Assembly (NCBI GenBank): GCA_038143065.1
Contig: JAYQLI010000035.1
Span: forward strand, 2,048,894 to 2,112,893
Source: Rhodospirillales bacterium
Lineage (GTDB): Bacteria > Pseudomonadota > Alphaproteobacteria > Bin95
Direction: 5' to 3'
DNA length: 64,000 nucleotides
Positions 47,466-57,357 of this stretch are shown piece after piece. The position numbers and the translations under genes were made by a program. A model generated the notes under the pieces. That model had not been told where the DNA came from and made no database searches. It saw only the letters and a program-made list of their open reading frames with translations. Numbering within the stretch: position 1 is the first letter of the stretch; each line of letters opens with the position of its first letter.

Positions 47466-50066
47466 CTATGAACGTAGTCGGCGCCACCATCCAGTACGTG
47501 GTGGTCCAGAAGGTTTAGATTCTGTCTCTTCCTGCGCAGCAGGTGTTTCAGGCGGTGTATCTGAACTAATTTCCGCTGAACTATGCTCTAGCTCACTTGC
47601 AGGTGCTACCTGCTTATCTACTTCGCCTGCTGAAGCCCCCGTAGGAAATTCTTGTACATCATCATTGGAAGTAGGTTCAGATTTTAATTCTACGCCATCA
47701 ACATTCTCGTTGATGTCCTTGCTGGAATCGTTGACTCCACTTCTACGGCGCCGGCGACGGCGCGGGTTCTTTTGTTCTACTTCACTATCTTCGGCAACTG
47801 CATTAACTGGCTCATTTTCAGAGATTCCATCAGAAATTTCTGGAGTATCGCTCTCTACACTTTTACGACGGCGTGGTCGTCGATTTTTTTTCTCACCATC
47901 TTTGGAAACGGTATCGTCTCGTTCATTTTCAGAGCTCCCATTAGAAATTTCTGAGGTATCGTTCTCCGCACTTTTACGGCGGCGTCCGCCGCGGCGTCCA
48001 CGACGACGACGACGATTACCATTCTCATCATCATCTTCTTTGGCCGTTTCTGGGGACTGGTGCTCGTCTCTGATGTTGACTTCTTCGGTTTCTTGAGACT
48101 CTTCTATATTTCTTTCATCGACACGTTTGCGACTACGTCTGCGGTTTTGGGGTGAGCGGTCGTCTGCTGCATCCTCTTTCTGGTCGTGTCTACTATTGTA
48201 AGCGTTATCTTGGTTCCTTTCGGAGACGTCATTTTGTCCGCTACTACGCCCAATAACTTCTACAATACGCTCATGCGCTGCTAGAGTATCATCTGGGGTG
48301 AACAACAAGCGCACCCCGTAAACCTCTTCGATACGCCGCACCCCGTCTCGCTTATGATTAAGCAAGTAAACAATGGTTTCGGTTGCTGTTTTGACGGCAA
48401 TATCAACACCACCCCCTTCATGAAACGCACAATCCTCAGCCGCTCGAAGTAAGCCGAGTGCATTAGACTCAACACTTCGAACCCGTCCAAGGCCAGCGCA
48501 CATTTCACACTCGTGGAAGTTGGTTTCAAACATGGAAGGACGCAGCCGCTGCCGCGATAATTCAACGAGTCCTAAAGGACTCATTCTGCCAACATGAACA
48601 CGAGCTCGGTCAGCCTTTATTGATTCCTTTAGCTTGCGTTCTACGGCAGCATTATTACGCCGTTCGTCCATATCAATGAAATCTATAACAACTATGCCGG
48701 CCAGCTCACGTAAACGCAGTTGACGTGCAGCTTCAACTGCCGCTTCTAGATTTGTTTTGAGAGCGGTCTCTTCAATATTTCTCTCCCGAGTAGAACGGCC
48801 AGAGTTAACATCGATTGCGACTAATGCTTCTGTCTGATTGATTACAAGATATCCACCAGAGGGTAACCGAACGATTGGGTGAAAAAGGCTCTCTAGGCGA
48901 CCTTCAACGCCCCTTGCTTGGAAAAGTGGCACTGGGTCTTTGTATGGCTGTACTCGCTTAGCATGGCTCGGCATGAGAGATCGCATGAAGTCTTTAGCTT
49001 CGCGATAGCAGTCATCCCCCTCTACGAGAACCTCATCGACATCTCGGCCATATAGATCACGAATTGCACGTTTTACCAGACTTGCTTCTTCATAAATTAG
49101 TGCGGGTGCAGAAGAGCTGAGAGTACGCTCCCTTATTTCATCCCATAGCCGAAGGAGAAATTCATGATCCCTTTTTAACTCTGCCTTAGTGCGTTGTACT
49201 CCAGCTGTTCTGACAATGGTTGCCATCCCTCCTGGTAAATCGAGGTCATCAATCAAGCTTTTCAGACGCTTTCTATCGTTTGCGTCTGTGATTTTTCGGG
49301 ATATGCCACCGCCATTGCCTGTGTTTGGCATTAAAACACAATAGCGGCCAGCTAGAGAGATAAATGTAGTCATTGCGGCACCCTTGCCACCACGCTCTTC
49401 CTTGCCAACCTGGACGAGCATTATCTGACCACGTTTAATAACTTCCTGTATTTTGTATCGATTATTGGATGGGTGGCGGCGGCGTTGTTGTCTACGGCGG
49501 GACCTACCTCGATTGCGGTCATGATCTCTACCTTCGTCTAACTCACCGTCTTCCGTATCTTCCTCTTCGGCGACTTCCTGGCTTTCAGTGTGCTCAACTT
49601 TGCTGCCGTCTAGCAGCTCTATGTTGGACTCAATTTCATCAACTTGTTCTAAATTTTGATCCTCAGATATTTCTAGGGATGGCGCTTCCGTTACATTGTC
49701 ATCGTCTGCTGCCCCTGTTGGGCTTTCAACATCATCTTCATTAGACACGTCATCATTTTGGACAAGACGATCTTGCTGTTCAGCAGCGGTTTCCGCAAGC
49801 AGAGCTTCTCGATCAGCTATGGGAATACGGTAATAATCGGGATGAATTTCGCTGAATGGCAAGAAACCATGACGATTACCACCGTAGCTTACGAAGGCGG
49901 CCTGCAGAGATGGTTCTACTCGCGTTACTTTTGCGAGATAAATATTGCCTTTGAGCGTCCGAAGGGATGCACTCTCAAAGTCAAATTCTTCCAGCCCGTT
50001 GGGGCCAATCACGACGACGCGCGTTTCTTCGCTGTGCGCAGCGTCTATCAGCATTGATTTGGACAT
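47466..50066 (-). CDS. rne: Ribonuclease E
   Basis: GNIYLAKVTRVEPSLQAAFV, IDVNSG, IDFIDM, CEMC Zn-link, acidic S1 insertion, Arg/acidic disordered tail ending GWW. Confidence 0.96.
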   Translation of the reverse strand: MSKSMLIDAAHSEETRVVVIGPNGLEEFDFESASLRTLKGNIYLAKVTRVEPSLQAAFVSYGGNRHGFLPFSEIHPDYYRIPIADREALLAETAAEQQDRLVQNDDVSNEDDVESPTGAADDDNVTEAPSLEISEDQNLEQVDEIESNIELLDGSKVEHTESQEVAEEEDTEDGELDEGRDHDRNRGRSRRRQQRRRHPSNNRYKIQEVIKRGQIMLVQVGKEERGGKGAAMTTFISLAGRYCVLMPNTGNGGGISRKITDANDRKRLKSLIDDLDLPGGMATIVRTAGVQRTKAELKRDHEFLLRLWDEIRERTLSSSAPALIYEEASLVKRAIRDLYGRDVDEVLVEGDDCYREAKDFMRSLMPSHAKRVQPYKDPVPLFQARGVEGRLESLFHPIVRLPSGGYLVINQTEALVAIDVNSGRSTRERNIEETALKTNLEAAVEAARQLRLRELAGIVVIDFIDMDERRNNAAVERKLKESIKADRARVHVGRMSPLGLVELSRQRLRPSMFETNFHECEMCAGLGRVRSVESNALGLLRAAEDCAFHEGGGVDIAVKTATETIVYLLNHKRDGVRRIEEVYGVRLLFTPDDTLAAHERIVEVIGRSSGQNDVSERNQDNAYNSRHDQKEDAADDRSPQNRRRSRKRVDERNIEESQETEEVNIRDEHQSPETAKEDDDENGNRRRRRGRRGGRRRKSAENDTSEISNGSSENERDDTVSKDGEKKNRRPRRRKSVESDTPEISDGISENEPVNAVAEDSEVEQKNPRRRRRRRSGVNDSSKDINENVDGVELKSEPTSNDDVQEFPTGASAGEVDKQVAPASELEHSSAEISSDTPPETPAAQEETESKPSGPPRTGWWRRLRS
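47813..47985. repeat. Direct duplication (62 nt, 111-nt period) in the RNase E C-terminal region
   Basis: 47813-47874 vs 47924-47985, 9 mismatches by manual alignment; RRRKSAENDTSEISNGSSENE vs RRRKSVESDTPEISDGISENE. Confidence 0.85.
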
Positions 50067-50340
50067 CTAATGTTTTCTCCAGCGCGATGCTGAAGCCAAT
50101 TTTCCGACCAGGCTCTGCCAAATGGTTAACTCCGTGCGTTCGAAAAAGAACGTGACGAGTGCCTTTACTATCTGCTTGGCAATATATTTCGGTCATGCGG
50201 GCTCCAGGTGTGCGCGCAAAGTTAATTCTGCGTTCGGAATCGTTCAGCCGCGCTAAGGTTTTAACCTTGTCAGCGCGATGCTGATCGACCTTCGTCGTCT
50301 CACTAGGGCACTTGCGATGTGAAGAGCCAAGTGGCGCGTC
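50067..50340 (-). promoter_or_regulatory. Long structured rne 5' leader
   Basis: Several hairpins and a 14-nt direct repeat TCAGCATCGCGCTG (50271-50284 and 50080-50093). Confidence 0.6.
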
Positions 50341-50504
50341 GAAATAAATCCTTTTCAATATGTATAGGTAGAAGTGGAAACCAACAACAAAAATCGGCAG
50401 CAATTCGATCTGAAATATTTTTCCAGGTCCAACTATTTAGGAATTATGTCGGTTTAAAAGGACTGTTCAGTAAAAAATCAGGGATTTTTTGGGTTAGAAA
50501 AGGG

Positions 50505-52043
50505 TTAATTCTCTGTCTCCCTGGCCAACAGATTTCGCAACTCTGTTTTTAGAACCTTGCCGTAATTATTTTTAGGCAAGCTTTGAACAAAACGATAACT
50601 TTTGGGTCTTTTGAACCTCGCGATAAGATCCTGGCAATGTAAATCCAGTGACTTATCGTCAACTCCCATATTTGGGTGGGCTACAATGTACGCTAAAACG
50701 TTTTCGCCCCACTCTTCATCTGGCTCACCAATAACTGATACTTCACTTATGCCAGGATGGGCTAAAAGCGCTTCTTCTACTTCTCTGGGATATATATTGG
50801 TACCGCCTGAAATTATCATGTCCTTTGAACGATCTCTTAGTGTCAGATAACCCTCAGAATCTAAGAATCCGACATCACCAGTATGCAACCAGCCATTTCT
50901 GAGAGTTTCAGCAGATGCTGCTGGATTTTCCCAGTAACCCGACATCACTACGTCGCTTCGAACGCAAATTTCCCCAACCTCTCCTATGGACGCGGGCTGA
51001 TCATTTTCGTCAGCAACCATTACCTCCACATTTGTAATAGCCCGGCCCACCGAAGCTATATGAGCTTCGTAATTCGGGTGATTCACATCAGAAATGTCTA
51101 CCCGAGGCAGGCAGGTGATTGTCATTGGGCACTCACCTTGGCCATAAATTTGCACAAGAACGTCACCAAACGCAGATTTGGCTGCCTTGCAGTCCTCTAC
51201 GTACATTGGACCACCACCATATACGATCGTTTTCCAGTTTCTGCAGTCGGCGGTTGAAAGGCTTGGGTGTTCAATAAGGCGCTTTACCATAGTCGGCGCT
51301 GCAAACATCCCAGCTTTTGGGAGCTCTGGAAGAAGATCAAATATCTCTGGCGGATCGAACTTTCCGCTTTCCGGCACTACTTGAGAAGCCATTCCCGCAA
51401 CGTAAGGTATTCCATAAAGACCCCCTCCATGAGACATGGGGGCTGCGTGAAGCCAATGCTCTCCTTCAGCAGGCACATCCACATCTGAAAAGTAAGCAAG
51501 TGAACACCCCAAAAGATTTCGATTTGTAAGAGTTGCCCCTTTTGGTCTTCCTGTAGTGCCAGAAGTGTAGAAAAGCCAAGCAGGGTCTTCGGCTCGACGT
51601 GAAACAATACCTAGAGGATCTTCTTGGAAGATTTTGGAGTATTCAGCGGAGTTTGCGAGTATTAATCTCTCGCAAAGGGGTAAATCGCTCATTATACCAC
51701 TCAATCCGTTGAGTAAATCATCTGTAGTAAAACAGATTTTTGCCCCTGAATTTTCGAGGATATATTCGATTTCCCTGGGATGCAGTTTGGCGTTTATAGG
51801 AACAGCAACCAGACCAGCTAACCAACATCCAAATAGAACTTCTAAAAATTCTACGCAATTTGTCATTGCAAGACCGACCCGATCTCCCGGCTTTAAATTA
51901 ACGGTTTCCGTCAACCACCGTGCGATAGAGCCAGAACGCTGCGCGAATTTTGCATAAGAAGCTACGGAAGTTGTGCCCCGCTTTATGGCGATTGTATTTG
52001 GCCTGGCACGGGCTGCCCGAAGCAGGAGGTGGGCGATGTTCAT
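50505..52043 (-). CDS. AMP-dependent acyl-CoA synthetase
   Basis: YTSGTTGRPKG, IYGQGE, WLHTGD, DRSKDMIISGG, GKVLK. Confidence 0.93.
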   Translation of the reverse strand: MNIAHLLLRAARARPNTIAIKRGTTSVASYAKFAQRSGSIARWLTETVNLKPGDRVGLAMTNCVEFLEVLFGCWLAGLVAVPINAKLHPREIEYILENSGAKICFTTDDLLNGLSGIMSDLPLCERLILANSAEYSKIFQEDPLGIVSRRAEDPAWLFYTSGTTGRPKGATLTNRNLLGCSLAYFSDVDVPAEGEHWLHAAPMSHGGGLYGIPYVAGMASQVVPESGKFDPPEIFDLLPELPKAGMFAAPTMVKRLIEHPSLSTADCRNWKTIVYGGGPMYVEDCKAAKSAFGDVLVQIYGQGECPMTITCLPRVDISDVNHPNYEAHIASVGRAITNVEVMVADENDQPASIGEVGEICVRSDVVMSGYWENPAASAETLRNGWLHTGDVGFLDSEGYLTLRDRSKDMIISGGTNIYPREVEEALLAHPGISEVSVIGEPDEEWGENVLAYIVAHPNMGVDDKSLDLHCQDLIARFKRPKSYRFVQSLPKNNYGKVLKTELRNLLARETEN

Positions 52044-52376
52044 TAGATGCCTCTCCAGTGTTTATTTTTTATTACAATAAATATACGCGCAGCTGTCTAA
52101 TAAAATGCTCGAGCGTCAGGTCTAAAGTCTGAAGATAATCTTATTTATTATTATCCGGGAAATAAATTTATGCTCGGTAAGTGTCCTGTGATACCAGAGA
52201 ATAAACTTAATTCGTGCTTACGAGAGCTTTCAACTCAACGATTACATTGACAAAAACACAAATTTTAATTAACTGGACCGCGATTATCTATCGTTGTGTT
52301 GCGATAGATCCAGTCTTAGTGGTTTTCACGAAAGCCCTTTTTTCCCAATAATTGATTAGTGATTGTTTAAACCCGC

Positions 52377-53819
52377 ATGAAATTTGATGAATTCTGACTG
52401 AGTGATCCGATCCTTACGGCTTTAACCGAGGCCGGTTACGAAACACCTACTCCTATTCAGGCAGAAGCTATTCCTGTCGCTCTTATGGGGCGTGATATAC
52501 TTGGTTGTGCCCAAACTGGCACTGGAAAAACGGCTTCTTTTACTCTTCCAATGATCGAAGCTCTGCATAATGGGAGAGCGAAGGCGCGAATGCCGCGAGC
52601 TCTTATCCTAGAGCCCACACGGGAGTTAGCAGCCCAGGTTGCTGAAAATTTTGAGAAGTATGGAACTCACCTGAAGCTCAGTCACGCACTTTTAATCGGC
52701 GGCGAATTTATGACCGAGCAAATGAAAACCTTAGAGCGTGGTGTCGACGTTCTAATTGCGACGCCTGGCCGATTGATGGATATGTTTGAGCGCGGCAAAA
52801 TCATGATGAGTGACGTAAAGATTTTCGTCATAGATGAAGCTGACCGAATGCTCGATATGGGGTTCATTCCAGATGTTGAGCGAATAGCAGGACTTTTGCC
52901 TCGTTTACGTCAAACTATGTTGTTTTCTGCCACGATGCCGCCTGAGATTAAAAGGCGTGCGGATCAGTTCTTGATGAATCCAAAGTCAATTACTGTAGCT
53001 CCTCCTGCGTCTCCTGCTGAAACTGTAGATCAGAAAAAAGTGCGCTGTGGTCCCAGGGATAAAAGACGAATTCTTCGCGATATAATTCGCGGAGAAGATA
53101 TTCAAAATGCAATAATATTCTGCAACCGAAAGCGTGATGTAGATATTCTCGTCCGTTCTCTGAAACAACATAAGTTTAGTGTTGCAGCCCTTCATGGAGA
53201 CATGGCTCAGTTCAAAAGGATGGAAACTCTTGATGAATTCAAGAAAGGGCAGGTAGACATTCTTGTTGCTAGTGACGTAGCAGCCAGAGGACTGGACATT
53301 GTTACTGTTTCTCATGTTTTCAATTTTGATGTGCCCAATCATCCTGATGACTACGTTCACCGTATAGGCCGCACGGGGAGGGCAGGTCGTTCAGGAAAAT
53401 CCTTCACCTTAGTGACAGAGGAAGACGACAAGTCCGTTGCCGCCATTGAACGATTAATGGCAAAAGAAATCCCCGAGCTGAAAATCAAGTCGACGGAAGT
53501 GCCCGATAAAAAGGCCTCCTCTGAGACTTCTTCGCGATCGCACAAAAGTCGCCGTAACGATCAAACCGTCAGGCCTGATAAAAACCAAGCTTCTTCTCAG
53601 CGACAAAATCATGAGACAAAGCGAGATTTTACATCTGAACCGAGGGTAAATAACCGCTCAGATTCCAACAGACGAAGACGTCGCGACTTCGGTGACGATG
53701 GAAATCGTCGCACCCCTTGGGTCGAGCATCCAGCTGATATCCCTGGTCCGCAATCTTTTGGAAAAGATAACACTCCTGCATTTCTTTTGAGGCCAGGTCG
53801 ACAAGTTGTCGCCAAGTGA
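52377..53819 (+). CDS. DEAD-box RNA helicase with an in-frame TGA at codon 7
   Basis: Q motif (MKFDEF*LSDPIL...YETPTPIQ) in frame upstream of the called ORF; AQTGTGKT, PTRELA, DEAD, SAT, HRIGRTGRAG; Arg-rich tail. Confidence 0.92.
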
Positions 53820-53833
53820 CGGTCTAAGACCTG

Positions 53834-54403
53834 TCAGCCCTCTTCAAGTTCGCTATCCCAGTATAAAAAATCTCCCCAACTTTCATGGAGGTAGTTGGGA
53901 GGGAAGCTACGCCCTCTTTCTTGCAATTCGAAAACAGACGGCTCTCGAGGTGTCCAAAGCAAAGGCATGCGGGCTCGGTCAGGTGTCAGGTTGGCTTTTG
54001 CCACATTGCAGCGGGAGCAGGCCGCAACAACATTTTCCCACGAGGTTACGCCACCTTTCGATCTAGGTATCACATGATCAAATGTAAGATCTGAAGGAGC
54101 GAATTTGCTGCCACAATAAACACAATGAAAGTGATCTCTGAGAAAAACGTTAAATCGTGTGAAGGCAGGCCGTTTTGCTGGAGCAATATATTCTTTCAAA
54201 GATATAACACTGGGCGCTTGCATCTCAAAATTAGGAGAACGAACGGTGACATCTTCATACTCGGCCAGGACGTTGACACGATCTAAAAACACGGCCTTGA
54301 TGGCGTCACGCCAGGACCATAATGATAATGGGAAATAGCTAAGAGGCCGAAAGTCGGCGTTCAGCACTAGAGCGGAGCGTTCGTCTAGCATCGTAGCGTT
54401 CAT
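53834..54403 (-). CDS. HNH endonuclease (McrA-like HNH family)
   Basis: LVLNADFRPL, FTRFNVFLRD, CVYCG, TFDHVIPRSKGG, WENVVAACSRCN. Confidence 0.92.
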   Translation of the reverse strand: MNATMLDERSALVLNADFRPLSYFPLSLWSWRDAIKAVFLDRVNVLAEYEDVTVRSPNFEMQAPSVISLKEYIAPAKRPAFTRFNVFLRDHFHCVYCGSKFAPSDLTFDHVIPRSKGGVTSWENVVAACSRCNVAKANLTPDRARMPLLWTPREPSVFELQERGRSFPPNYLHESWGDFLYWDSELEEG

Positions 54404-54481
54404 TTAATCACTCGACTTATTCTCCACGGATTGTATTTCCGTCTCACAATATATTGATACATATCGGAGCATCATTACAAG

Positions 54482-56308
54482 ATGAAGACAATGTCTAGGG
54501 GTGTGGAGGAAAACCGGAAGGCGCGAGTTGGTGTTTTGAAGATGCTTTGGCCTTACATTTGGCCGAAGGATCGCCCAGTCTTTAAGTTGCGAATTTTATT
54601 AGCCGCCATCTGCCTAGTTCTGGCAAAGGTTTGTAATGTATATGCACCTCATTTTTATAAAGATGCTATCGACAGTTTGGGTGTTGCTGAGAACCTAAGT
54701 GCAGCCCTTTTGGTGGGAGTTATTGTTGCCTATGGGCTGGCTCGCATTGGCGCGACGCTTTTTGGTGAGATTCGCGAAGCGTTATTCGCAGCCGTTGCGC
54801 AAAATGTAGTTCGACAGGTTGGTTGCCGTGTATTTGAGCACTTGCATGCTCTTTCCCTGCGTTTTCATTTGGAACGTCGCACAGGCGGTTTGTCCCGCGC
54901 CATAGAACGGGGCGTTAAAGCAATAGAAACTCTTTTACGCTTTGCAGTTTTCAATATTTTTCCGACGATATTTGAAATTATTGTTGTTTTAATCATCTTG
55001 TGGGTGCTGTTGGATTGGCGGTTTGCTGCGGTGACATTGGTAACCATCGTAATCTATGTGCTCTATACAAAGGAGGTAACTACCTGGCGTCTGGGTATTC
55101 GCCGTCAGATGAATGAGGAAGATAGCCGAGCGCACTCTAAAGCGATTGATAGCCTTCTTAACTATGAAACGGTTAAGTATTTCAATGCAGAAGCGCATGA
55201 AAGTAAGCGCTTCGATCAGGCCTTAGCTGCTTATGAAAAAGCAGCCATTAAGAGTACCATCTCCCTTTCAACTTTGAACGTTGGACAGGCCGCCATTATT
55301 TCTGTTGGGCTAGTTGCCGTAATGGTTATGGCGGGCTTGGGTGTAAAAAATGGCAATATGACCATCGGTGAATTTGTTATGGTCAATGCATATTTAATCC
55401 AATTGTATCAACCATTGAATATGTTTGGATTTGTTTATCGCGAGATTATGCAAAGTCTCATTGATATGGAAAAGATGTTCTCGCTCTTGGATGTGCCGCA
55501 AGAGGTTCAGGATCGTCCAATAGCAAAGCCTCTCAATGTTGCTGCAGGAGAGGTGCGATTTGATAACGTCGTTTTTGGATATGACGAACGGCGCCCAATT
55601 ATTAAAGGGATTTCTTTCACCGTTAGGGCGGGAAAAACTGTAGCTATAGTTGGCCCGTCTGGCTCTGGAAAATCGACTATAGGGAGATTGCTATACCGAT
55701 TTTATGATGTTGGGAGTGGGTCAATCTCAATTGATAATCAAGATATTCGCGACGTTTCCCAGGACAGCTTGCGCGATTGTATCGGTATAGTACCGCAGGA
55801 CACAGTGCTGTTTAATGATAGCCTGATTTATAACGTTCTCTATGGTCGACAGAATGCATCTGAAAAAGAGGCGAGGGAAGCGGCGCGACTTGCACAGATT
55901 GCAGACTTTATCGAAAATTTGCCCGACGGGTGGGCTACGGAAGTTGGTGAGCGCGGTTTGAAGCTTTCGGGTGGCGAAAAGCAGCGTGTTGCCATCGCTA
56001 GAACTATTCTTAAAGACCCACCTATTCTCCTATTAGACGAAGCGACATCAGCGCTTGATACAGCTACTGAACGTGCAATCCAATCCAACCTGGATGAGCT
56101 GGCGCGAGGCCGAACAGCAATTGTGATTGCTCACAGATTATCAACCATAGTGAATGCAGACGAAATTTTAGTGTTTAGGGATGGGATAATTTCGGAGCGG
56201 GGGCAACATCACAAACTGTTAGAGCAGCAAGGCATCTATGCGGAGATGTGGGCTCGTCAACAGGAGGATAAAACAAAGCTTGAACATACAATGAAGGTGC
56301 AGGATTAA
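54482..56308 (+). CDS. Atm1/HMT1-like ABC transporter (fused permease and ATPase)
   Basis: RFHLERRTGG, DSLLNYETVKYF, GPSGSGKST, LSGGEKQR, LDEATSALD. Confidence 0.93.
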   Translation: MKTMSRGVEENRKARVGVLKMLWPYIWPKDRPVFKLRILLAAICLVLAKVCNVYAPHFYKDAIDSLGVAENLSAALLVGVIVAYGLARIGATLFGEIREALFAAVAQNVVRQVGCRVFEHLHALSLRFHLERRTGGLSRAIERGVKAIETLLRFAVFNIFPTIFEIIVVLIILWVLLDWRFAAVTLVTIVIYVLYTKEVTTWRLGIRRQMNEEDSRAHSKAIDSLLNYETVKYFNAEAHESKRFDQALAAYEKAAIKSTISLSTLNVGQAAIISVGLVAVMVMAGLGVKNGNMTIGEFVMVNAYLIQLYQPLNMFGFVYREIMQSLIDMEKMFSLLDVPQEVQDRPIAKPLNVAAGEVRFDNVVFGYDERRPIIKGISFTVRAGKTVAIVGPSGSGKSTIGRLLYRFYDVGSGSISIDNQDIRDVSQDSLRDCIGIVPQDTVLFNDSLIYNVLYGRQNASEKEAREAARLAQIADFIENLPDGWATEVGERGLKLSGGEKQRVAIARTILKDPPILLLDEATSALDTATERAIQSNLDELARGRTAIVIAHRLSTIVNADEILVFRDGIISERGQHHKLLEQQGIYAEMWARQQEDKTKLEHTMKVQD

Positions 56309-56718
56309 AGGACCTGACCTTGCATTGGTTGCATATAGCAACCGTCGACTCTCCATTCTCCATCGGCTTGCTGAACCATTGGGTAAATGGCTAGGAACAC
56401 TTTCCCATCGTTTGTTACAACTCGCGCGCGTGCCATCCCTTTTCTTCCTGAGGTTTCAACATCGCGAACCTCAAATTTCTGAGGGTTAATCAGAGCAGGA
56501 TAACTAGCCTTAACCATGTTTATGAAAAAGTCCGCTGATACAAAACGAGCTTTAATGCTCGGTGTGGCATAGTTAAATGCGGCACTTGCATTGCCATCCG
56601 AAAAAGCCCGTACCTGGTTTGATATTACATTTCGTATTTCAGATTTATCGTCTGCCATCGACGGAAAACAGAAGGCAATTAGAGCTATAACAAGAGCTTT
56701 GTGTATCCAAGCCGACAT
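56305..56718 (-). CDS. DUF4864 family exported protein
   Basis: Signal peptide; VISNQVRAF, AAFNYA, MVKASYP, WRVDGC. Confidence 0.8.
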   Translation of the reverse strand: MSAWIHKALVIALIAFCFPSMADDKSEIRNVISNQVRAFSDGNASAAFNYATPSIKARFVSADFFINMVKASYPALINPQKFEVRDVETSGRKGMARARVVTNDGKVFLAIYPMVQQADGEWRVDGCYMQPMQGQVL

Positions 56719-56976
56719 CTTCTCACTCTTTAAAAGGAACTAAATAGTTTACGTGTGTGGCGGTTCTATGGATCAAATTCAGAATTTTTTGGGTTCTGCG
56801 GGGAAATATAGCTTTTTCAGTTGCATGATAATTTAGAGATATTTTAAGCAGAAGTTTGCATGAGCTGACCAGACTAATACGATAAGGCGTAACAGCTTTT
56901 AAGTTTATTGAAAGCATAGACAGCGTTTGAAAATGTCTATTTTGATGGAGCAGAATGAATTGCTCTGAATGCCTGA

Positions 56977-57291
56977 ATGGCCAAAGGAGTTAACCAAATT
57001 AGGCGCTTATTTACTTTGGGTTGTATTTTATTAGCGGCTTTTACACTTGCAGCTGATATTTATGAATGGTGGGCTACAGGTCAATGGGACCTAATTCTTT
57101 TTGGGGATATAGCGTTCAGATTGTTTCCAGAAACTTTGAATATTTTTCAGGCCATAATTCAACGTTATGTTTGGGCATATCTCTGGGACCCCATCGCACA
57201 GACCTTACTTCTTTTGCCTGTATTTCCAGTCCTTGGCACAATCGGGTTAGGAATTTTGATCTGGGATCTTTCTAAACGAAGATTTCAGTAA
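56977..57291 (+). CDS. Hypothetical membrane protein
   Basis: Two hydrophobic segments; LNIFQAIIQRYVWAYLWDP pattern reminiscent of small alphaproteobacterial membrane proteins. Confidence 0.7.
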   Translation: MAKGVNQIRRLFTLGCILLAAFTLAADIYEWWATGQWDLILFGDIAFRLFPETLNIFQAIIQRYVWAYLWDPIAQTLLLLPVFPVLGTIGLGILIWDLSKRRFQ

Positions 57292-57357
57292 GGCGACCCT
57301 AGCAATTCCAAAATGGGGGTTACGCAGCTTTTTAGATTTGGAATCGATTTAGCGAAT

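Noticed and set aside
49981-50403. 140-aa ORF upstream of and overlapping rne
   Set aside because: No recognisable motifs, overlaps the rne start out of frame, and the region is better explained as a structured leader.
52395-52397. Genome-wide UGA reassignment (UGA=Gly or Trp) suggested by two in-frame TGAs
   Set aside because: Many genes here end at TGA at their expected C-termini (glnB, ispB, response regulator, rph), and Trp is encoded by TGG, so the standard code applies.
53834-54403. HNH nuclease as a defence system or mobile element
   Set aside because: It is a solitary member of a widespread alphaproteobacterial HNH family, with no methyltransferase, ATPase partner, repeats or insertion signatures.
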